A stretch of 64,000 nt of DNA from Candidatus Methanoperedens sp. Its GTDB lineage: Archaea > Halobacteriota > Methanosarcinia > Methanosarcinales > Methanoperedenaceae. This document shows, piece after piece, positions 57,735 to 64,000 of this stretch (its first letter is position 1; each line of letters begins with the position of its first letter). Below the pieces are notes generated by a model that searched no databases, was not told the origin of the DNA, and was given only the letters and a program-made list of their open reading frames with translations. The DNA lies in NCBI GenBank assembly GCA_028717345.1, contig JAQUNZ010000002.1:7521-71520 (forward strand). The letters run 5' to 3'. The translations under genes were made by a program, and so were the position numbers.

Positions 57735-57810
57735 TTTAAATCTCCTTCAAAACTATAATTATCTATTTTAATAGCGTTTTACCTATATAAGTGTTTTCGA
57801 GTGCAATAAC

Positions 57811-59130
57811 TTACATTCCAAATTTTCTCATCATTTTTTGTATGTTAAATTTGCCTCCCTTCATACCTTTTATGGTTTTTTGCATCATTTTATGGTATTT
57901 CAGAAGCTCGCGGACCTCATCATATTTAGTGCCTGAACCGCGTGCTATCCGCGTAATTCTTGAGCTGTTAATGTGTTTCGGGTCTTCCAGTTCCCTCTCG
58001 TTCATGGAATCCATGATGAATTTGTACTTTTTCAGCTTTTCCTGGGTTACACTGTACATATCATCAGAGACGTTCACCCCCAGTTTACCCATAGGCAGCA
58101 TCTGCATTACCTGTTTCAGGGGTCCCATCTTGTTCATGGCTTCCATCTGCTTGTACATATCCTTTAGAGTGAACTTGCCGCTAAGCATCGCCTCCACGTC
58201 AAGATCTTCGCCGCTGAGTGTTTCTTCTGCTTTCTCAAGGAGAGATTTGATATCGCCCATACCAAGCAGCCGGGAGATGAACCTGTCAGCTTCGAATTTT
58301 TCAAGGTCGTCAGGGGTTTCACCAGTCCCGATAAAAGCGATCGCTGTGTCTGTATCCGAAACAGCGGAAAGCGCGCCTCCGCCTTTTGCTGTCCCGTCAA
58401 GTTTGGTAATTACAACGCCTGTTATCCCGATCGAGGCGTTAAAAGCCTTTGCCTGCTCGCTTGCAAGCTGACCCATCGCGGCGTCAAGTACGAGCAGCTT
58501 TTGCTGTGGATGGGCGATTTTGTGTATGTCTTCCATCTCTTTGATGAGGTCTTTCTCAAGGGCATGCCTGCCTGCAGTATCTATAATCTTCACATCGAAT
58601 TTCTCTATTGCTTTGAGCCCGCGTTGTACGATGGCAGAGGCGTCTTTTACGTCTTTTTCACCATAGAAGAAGATCCCGATCCTGTCGCAGTGTGTCTTAA
58701 GCTGCTCGTATGCTCCGTGCCTGAACGTATCTGCGCAGATGACTGCGGCTTTGAGACCTTTTCTCTGGAAATACCGTGCCAGTTTTGCTGTTGTAGTGGT
58801 CTTACCGCTGCCCTGGAGACCAACCATCATGATCGTCTGGGAGACCAGATTCACGTTCGCAGATTTTCCGAGGATATTTATCAGTTCCTGGTAAACGATA
58901 CGAATTACATGTTCCCTGGAGTTCATGCCTTTGGGAGGTTCTTCCTTTAGTGAACGTTGTTTTATCTTCTGGGATAAGGTCATCACCAGTTTGACGTTCA
59001 CATCAGCCTGCAGGAGTGCGCGCTGGATGTCTTTAACTACATCATCTACTATCCGCTCATCAATCCTTCCTGCACCAACGAGCTTCTTGAGTGCATCCTG
59101 AAGCGAACTGCCCAGTTTATCAAGTACCAT
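57811..59130 (-). CDS. srp54: Signal recognition particle protein SRP54 (archaeal type)
   Basis: The N-domain is [17 protein letters not shown]. The G-domain has [15 protein letters not shown] and TKLDG. The M-domain is Met-rich. Confidence 0.93.
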   Translation of the reverse strand: MVLDKLGSSLQDALKKLVGAGRIDERIVDDVVKDIQRALLQADVNVKLVMTLSQKIKQRSLKEEPPKGMNSREHVIRIVYQELINILGKSANVNLVSQTIMMVGLQGSGKTTTTAKLARYFQRKGLKAAVICADTFRHGAYEQLKTHCDRIGIFFYGEKDVKDASAIVQRGLKAIEKFDVKIIDTAGRHALEKDLIKEMEDIHKIAHPQQKLLVLDAAMGQLASEQAKAFNASIGITGVVITKLDGTAKGGGALSAVSDTDTAIAFIGTGETPDDLEKFEADRFISRLLGMGDIKSLLEKAEETLSGEDLDVEAMLSGKFTLKDMYKQMEAMNKMGPLKQVMQMLPMGKLGVNVSDDMYSVTQEKLKKYKFIMDSMNERELEDPKHINSSRITRIARGSGTKYDEVRELLKYHKMMQKTIKGMKGGKFNIQKMMRKFGM

Positions 59131-59228
59131 AGAGTCTTCCTGTTTTGTAATTAATGCTTCTGCTGTTAATTAAAGTTTATGGAAATCTTTTTAATCCAGA
59201 CCAACTTAAGAGCCATCGAGATGAACCC

Positions 59229-60074
59229 ATGACGTTTAAGATATTAAATAATCATGAACTTGTCCCGACGATATATCTTATGAACATAGCCGCGCCGAGC
59301 ATTGCCAGGAAGGCGCAGCCTGGACAGTTCGTCATACTGAGGATAGATGAGAAAGGGGAGAGGATACCGCTCACAATAGCGGATTTTGACAGGAAAAACG
59401 GTTCTATCACGATGATATTCCAGGCAGTGGGCAGGACCACAATGCACCTTTCTTCCATGAAAGCTGGCGAAGAAATCCTTGATTTTATAGGTCCTCTGGG
59501 AAATCCGGCGCATATCGAAAAAGTGGGGACTGTAATACTTGTAGGCGGTGGTGTGGGTGTAGCTCCGGTCTTTCCGCAGACCCGTGCTTTCAAGGAAGCA
59601 GGTAATAAAGTCATATCTATAATTGGAGCGCGCAGTGCAAACCTCCTTCTCTGGGAAGACAGGATGCGAAAGGTAAGCGATGAACTGTTCATCACCACGG
59701 ATGACGGGACAAAAGGACACCATGGCTTTGTGACAGATATCGTAAAGAAGATCCTGGAAAGCGGGACAAAAGTTGACCGGGTTGTTGCTATCGGTCCCCC
59801 TGTTATGATGCGCGCTGTGGCGGGCGTCACGAAACCATTTAACGTCAAAACTATCGTCAGTTTGAATTCTATCATGGTAGATGGAACAGGCATGTGCGGC
59901 GCATGCCGCGTGCTTGTGGGAAACGAGACAAAGTTCGCTTGCGTGGACGGACCTGAATTCGATGCTCATCTTGTAGATTTTACTCTTCTTATGAACAGGC
60001 TTGCAATTTATCAGCCAGAGGAGAAGATAGCACTTGAAAAGTATAAATGCGAGAGGGAGGGATGCAAATGTTAG
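59229..60074 (+). CDS. FAD/NAD(P)- and [2Fe-2S]-binding oxidoreductase subunit (NfnA/SudB-like)
   Basis: Motifs PGQFVILR, GERIPLTIADFD, GGGVGVAPV and the C-terminal CGACRV...CVDGPEF. It is paired with a GltD-like subunit. Confidence 0.75.
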   Translation: MTFKILNNHELVPTIYLMNIAAPSIARKAQPGQFVILRIDEKGERIPLTIADFDRKNGSITMIFQAVGRTTMHLSSMKAGEEILDFIGPLGNPAHIEKVGTVILVGGGVGVAPVFPQTRAFKEAGNKVISIIGARSANLLLWEDRMRKVSDELFITTDDGTKGHHGFVTDIVKKILESGTKVDRVVAIGPPVMMRAVAGVTKPFNVKTIVSLNSIMVDGTGMCGACRVLVGNETKFACVDGPEFDAHLVDFTLLMNRLAIYQPEEKIALEKYKCEREGCKC

Positions 60075-61441
60075 AGCGCCAGAAGATGCCTGTGCAGGAC
60101 CCGAAGATACGTGCCGCTAATTTTGATGAAGTGGCTCTTGGTTTTACCGAAAAGCAGGCAATTGAAGAGGCAAAGCGCTGTATCCAGTGCAAGAAACCAT
60201 CATGTATGAAAGGCTGCCCTGTCGAAGTCAAGATACCCGCTTTTCTCAAGTATGTGGCAGAGGGAGATTTTGACAGCGCGATAAAAGAGATAAAGACCGA
60301 TAACGCCCTCCCCGCTGTATGCGGGCGCGTTTGTCCGCAGGAGACCCAGTGCGAAGAGGTTTGCGTTTTGAGCAAGAAAGGAGCATCGGTCTCCATAGGC
60401 AGACTTGAGCGCTTCGTGAGCGATCATGAACGCAGGAAAGGTGTAAAATTCCCTGAAAAACCCGAGCCGACCGGAAAGAAGATAGCTGTTGCAGGCTCAG
60501 GACCAGCCGGGCTCACTGCTGCTGCCGACCTTGCAAAAAGGGGTCATTCTGTTACGATATTTGAAGCGCTTCACGAAGCCGGAGGCGTGCTGATCTACGG
60601 CATCCCGGAATTCAGGCTTCCAAAGGAAATAGTCCGCGCAGAAGTAGAATATGTTAAGAAACTGGGCGTAACAGTTCTTCTTGACCATGTTATAGGTAAA
60701 ATTGAAAATGTTGACGAACTGCTTTCCGAGTTCGATGCCGTGTTCCTGGGGACAGGCGCAGGTCTGCCAGTGTTCATGAACATAGATGGCGAGAACCTGA
60801 ATGGTGTCTATTCAGCCAATGAATTTTTAACGCGTGTGAACCTTATGAAATCATACAAATTCCCGGATTATGCTACGCCGATCAAGAAGGGAAAGAACGT
60901 GGTTGTGGTGGGTGGGGGCAACGTGGCGATGGACTCAGCAAGATGTGCGCTGCGCCTTGGTGCAGGACAGGTAACCATCGTTTACAGGCGAGGTGAAGAG
61001 GAGATGCCTGCACGTGCCGAGGAAATAGAGCATGCAAAGGAGGAAGGCATCATTTTCAGGCTGCTAACGAATCCTGTGAGAATAATCGGGGACGGTAAAA
61101 ACTGGGTGACGCACGTGGAGTGCATCAACATGCACCTTTGCGAACCTGATGCGTCAGGCAGGTGCAAACCAGCGCCTACGTCAGGTACGGAACATAAGAT
61201 AGAGGCAGATGTGGTAATCATCGCTATAGGAACGTCGCCCAATCCGCTTGTTCCGCGCACAACCAGAGGTCTTGAGATCACAAAACATGGGACGATAGTG
61301 GCAAAAGAGAACGGCGAGACCACGAAGATTGGCGTATATGCGGGCGGTGATGCCATCACGGGCTCTGCGACCGTGATAAGCGCAATGGGCGCGGGAAAAA
61401 AGGCGGCACGGGCAATGGATGAATATGTAAGGGGAAGATAA
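60062..61441 (+). CDS. Glutamate synthase small-chain homolog (NfnB/SudA-like NADPH-dependent FeS flavoprotein)
   Basis: Motifs EAKRCIQCKKPSCMKGCP, CGRVCPQETQCEEVC, VAGSGPAGLTAA and YAGGD. The start is ambiguous (60047, 60062 or 60068); a GGAGG lies just upstream. Confidence 0.8.
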   Translation: MQMLERQKMPVQDPKIRAANFDEVALGFTEKQAIEEAKRCIQCKKPSCMKGCPVEVKIPAFLKYVAEGDFDSAIKEIKTDNALPAVCGRVCPQETQCEEVCVLSKKGASVSIGRLERFVSDHERRKGVKFPEKPEPTGKKIAVAGSGPAGLTAAADLAKRGHSVTIFEALHEAGGVLIYGIPEFRLPKEIVRAEVEYVKKLGVTVLLDHVIGKIENVDELLSEFDAVFLGTGAGLPVFMNIDGENLNGVYSANEFLTRVNLMKSYKFPDYATPIKKGKNVVVVGGGNVAMDSARCALRLGAGQVTIVYRRGEEEMPARAEEIEHAKEEGIIFRLLTNPVRIIGDGKNWVTHVECINMHLCEPDASGRCKPAPTSGTEHKIEADVVIIAIGTSPNPLVPRTTRGLEITKHGTIVAKENGETTKIGVYAGGDAITGSATVISAMGAGKKAARAMDEYVRGR

Positions 61442-61471
61442 TATCACTGAATATTTCTGCAGTCTTTAAAC

Positions 61472-62608
61472 TCAAAGAATCCCAAAAATACCTTTCTTCT
61501 TTCCCTTTTCCCCGCTTATCTGGGCAAACTCCTTCAAAAGCTGCTTCTGCCGATCGGTCAGACTGGTCGGCACTTCCACCTTTACCTTCACGAGTTCATC
61601 GCCCTTTCCTGACATATGAAGGCTGGGAAAGCCCTTGCCCCTGAGCCTGAACACCTGACCGTTCTGCGTCCCGGAAGGTATCTTCATGGACGCTTTCCCA
61701 TCAAGAGTGGGCACAAGTATCTCATCCCCCAGAGCTGCCTGCGTAAAACTGATAGTAGCTTCCATCACAACATCATTTTCATGGCGGGTGAATATCTTGT
61801 GAGGTTTGACATAAATTTCCACATACAGGTCGCCTGACGGTCTGCCTTTTTCTCCAGCTTCGCCTTCGCCAGGCACTCGCAGCCTGGAGCCTGAATCCAC
61901 TCCAGCCGGTATCTTGACTTCCAGTTTTCGTTTCTTCTGCACAGTGCCTGAACCATGGCATGTCGTGCACGGGGAATCAATAACATTCCCTGCGCCGTGG
62001 CATGTTCCGCAGGTCGAGGTCGTCATGAACCTGCCAAAAGGGGTATTCTGCGTCCTGTTCACCTGCCCGCTTCCGCGGCATACGGGGCAGGTTTTGGGGG
62101 ATGTTCCAGGTTTTGCACCGCTTCCTTTACATACATCACACGTTTCATTTCTGGGAAATTCAAGATCGACTTTCTTTCCTGATGCTGCTTCCTCGAACTC
62201 GATAGCAAGTTCATAGAGCATATCAGACCCGCGCCTTGGTCCTTCGTGTCTCCCCCCCCCTCCGCTAAAGAACGTGTCAAAAATACTTCCGCCTCTGCCA
62301 CCGCCGCCAAAACCGAAACCCCTTAAGATATCCTCAATGTCCGGAGCTGCGCCCCTGAAAATATCCTCCTGTGAATACCTCTGGTCTATGCCCGCGTGAC
62401 CAAACTGGTCATACTGCTGGCGCTTGGTCTGGTCTTCCAGGACTGCATAGGCTTCAGATATTTCCTTGAATTTCTCCTCAGCGTCAGGGGCTTTGTTCCT
62501 GTCAGGATGATACTGCATAGCAAGCTTGCGGTAAGCTGATTTGATCTCATCGGCAGATGATTTCTTATCAACACCAAGTATCTCGTAATAGTCGCGTTTA
62601 GTAGCCAT
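61472..62608 (-). CDS. dnaJ: Chaperone DnaJ
   Basis: The J domain is DYYEILGV...YHPD. A G/F-rich region and four CxxCxGxG Zn-finger repeats follow. Confidence 0.95.
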   Translation of the reverse strand: MATKRDYYEILGVDKKSSADEIKSAYRKLAMQYHPDRNKAPDAEEKFKEISEAYAVLEDQTKRQQYDQFGHAGIDQRYSQEDIFRGAAPDIEDILRGFGFGGGGRGGSIFDTFFSGGGGRHEGPRRGSDMLYELAIEFEEAASGKKVDLEFPRNETCDVCKGSGAKPGTSPKTCPVCRGSGQVNRTQNTPFGRFMTTSTCGTCHGAGNVIDSPCTTCHGSGTVQKKRKLEVKIPAGVDSGSRLRVPGEGEAGEKGRPSGDLYVEIYVKPHKIFTRHENDVVMEATISFTQAALGDEILVPTLDGKASMKIPSGTQNGQVFRLRGKGFPSLHMSGKGDELVKVKVEVPTSLTDRQKQLLKEFAQISGEKGKKKGIFGIL

Positions 62609-62680
62609 GAATTGCGGTTATAATGATCTTACAGGCAAAAAAAGTATGTTTCAGTGAGGAGAAGGGTTTACCTTCTCCGA

Positions 62681-64000
62681 TCACTTCTTATCTTCATCCA
62701 CTACCTTGTATTCTGCATCTGTTACTTTCTCGTCCTTCTTTTCTTCGGTCTGTTCCTGCTGTCCCGAAGGTTCACCCTGCTGACCCTGTTGCTGCTGTTG
62801 AGCCTGCTGCTGGTAAAGGATCGTGCTTATGGCATGCATCTCTTTTGTGAGGTCTTCTATTGCTGATTTGATCCTGCCTATATCCTCGCTCTTGAGCGCA
62901 TCCTTTGTCACTTCAATAGCCTTTTCGACTTTCTGTTTCTGGTCGCCTGAGACCTTATCTCCAAGTTCTTTGAGCGTCTTTTCGGTCGAGTATATCAGAG
63001 TATCAGCCTGGTTCGTTACCTCGACTTTCTCCTTGCGCTGCCTGTCCTCTTCTGCAAATTTCTCGGCGTCCTTGATCTTGCGGTCGATCTCATCAGATGC
63101 CATCTTAAGCGGCGCAGTTATCGTCATCTTCTGCTCTTTTCCTGTTCCCAGGTCTTTTGCAGTAACATGAAGTATGCCGTTGGCATCGATATCAAAAGTA
63201 ACTTCGATCTGCGGGATCCCGCGCGGTGCGGCTGGAATACCTACAAGGTTGAACCTTCCCAGTGTTACGTTGTCGTATGCCATAGCCCTCTCGCCCTGGA
63301 GCACATGTATCTCCACAGTTGTCTGGCTGTCTGCAGCGGTTGAGAATATCTGGCTTTTTCGTGTAGGAACCGTGGTATTCCTCTCAATGAGCTTTGTCAT
63401 GACATGACCCAGCGTCTCGATACCCAGCGTTAGCGGAGTAACATCAAGCAGCAGGATATCCTTCACTTCACCTGAAAGCACGCCAGCCTGGATCGCAGCG
63501 CCCATAGCCACGCATTCCATGGGATCAACCCCACCTTCTGCTTTCTTCCCAGCATAATCCTCGACAAATTTCTGGATTATGGGCATCCTGGTAGGTCCAC
63601 CAACCAGAATGACCTTCTTAATGTCATTCTTTGTTAATTTTGCATCAGATAATGCCTGTTCCATCGGAGCGCGGCATCGGTCGATCACGGGTCTGATCAC
63701 TTCTTCCAGTTTGGTCCTTGTAAGCGTCATGGTGAGGTGTTTGGGACCACCAGCATCCGCCGTGATGAATGGCTGGTTTATCTCAGTGGTAAGCGTGGTG
63801 GAAAGCTCGATCTTGGCTTTCTCTGCAGCATCGCGAAGCCTCTGGTTCGCCACCCTGTCTTTTCGAAGATCTATCCCGTGCTCTTTTTTGAACTCCTCTG
63901 CAATATAGTCCACGAGCCTGTTATCCATATCAGTGCCGCCAAGCTGCGTGTCGCCTGCTGTGGATTTGACTTCAAAGACACCGCCGCCCATTTCCATAAT
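62681..64000 (-). CDS. dnaK: Chaperone DnaK (C-terminal ~440 aa; the N-terminus lies beyond the window edge)
   Basis: Motifs [18 protein letters not shown] and the substrate-binding domain TPLTLGIET. The frame is open to position 64000. Confidence 0.95.
   Translation of the reverse strand: MMEMGGGVFEVKSTAGDTQLGGTDMDNRLVDYIAEEFKKEHGIDLRKDRVANQRLRDAAEKAKIELSTTLTTEINQPFITADAGGPKHLTMTLTRTKLEEVIRPVIDRCRAPMEQALSDAKLTKNDIKKVILVGGPTRMPIIQKFVEDYAGKKAEGGVDPMECVAMGAAIQAGVLSGEVKDILLLDVTPLTLGIETLGHVMTKLIERNTTVPTRKSQIFSTAADSQTTVEIHVLQGERAMAYDNVTLGRFNLVGIPAAPRGIPQIEVTFDIDANGILHVTAKDLGTGKEQKMTITAPLKMASDEIDRKIKDAEKFAEEDRQRKEKVEVTNQADTLIYSTEKTLKELGDKVSGDQKQKVEKAIEVTKDALKSEDIGRIKSAIEDLTKEMHAISTILYQQQAQQQQQGQQGEPSGQQEQTEEKKDEKVTDAEYKVVDEDKK

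Overview
The window is a dense chromosomal segment that looks archaeal and, by gene content, Methanosarcinales-like. An ANME-2d / 'Ca. Methanoperedens'-like origin is my best guess, but that is inference only. Archaeal markers: archaeal-type SRP54, long IleRS, NrpR, MptD dihydroneopterin aldolase, an H4MPT-linked protein, an F420 reductase, and archaeosortase with archaetidylserine synthase and decarboxylase. Bacterial-type imports sit among them: mutS/mutL, dnaK/dnaJ and queA-tgt. So does quinone and multiheme-cytochrome respiration: a UbiE/MenG methyltransferase, two multiheme cytochrome c genes, cytochrome b and NrfC/NrfD-like subunits. Most of the window is housekeeping: LeuA/CimA-family synthase, ilvBN, cbiDE, argH, purB, glnA-nrpR, ileS, ftsZ, srp54, nfnAB-like genes and dnaJK. 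I saw no rRNA, tRNA or CRISPR array. Three regions stand out. (1) At 25.0-37.7 kb, a ~480-aa protein is present in four paralogous copies. It has a ribbon-helix-helix-like N-terminus and a three-Cys, V4R-like C-terminus. The copies are mostly paired with a family of small two-TM proteins that share a conserved upstream leader, and they are interleaved with two multiheme-cytochrome/quinone-oxidoreductase operons. This is my best candidate for an undescribed regulatory or sensory system controlling extracellular or quinone-linked electron transfer. (2) At about 3.9-7.8 kb, a visibly AT-rich islet carries a three-gene operon: a 55-aa RHH protein, a 950-aa type IIG-like N6-adenine methyltransferase and a 199-aa protein with a PD-x13-ExK motif. 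It lies next to a vapBC pair. (3) At about 41.9-44.1 kb, a second AT-rich islet carries an AIPR-type abortive-infection gene plus two decayed defence-gene fragments. Smaller oddities: a frameshifted vapC between mutS and mutL, an FtsZ paralog with a C-terminal TM helix, a bacterial-type queuosine operon, and an artA-psd-pssA cluster. All calls come from reading the translations and sequence by eye; no database search was run.
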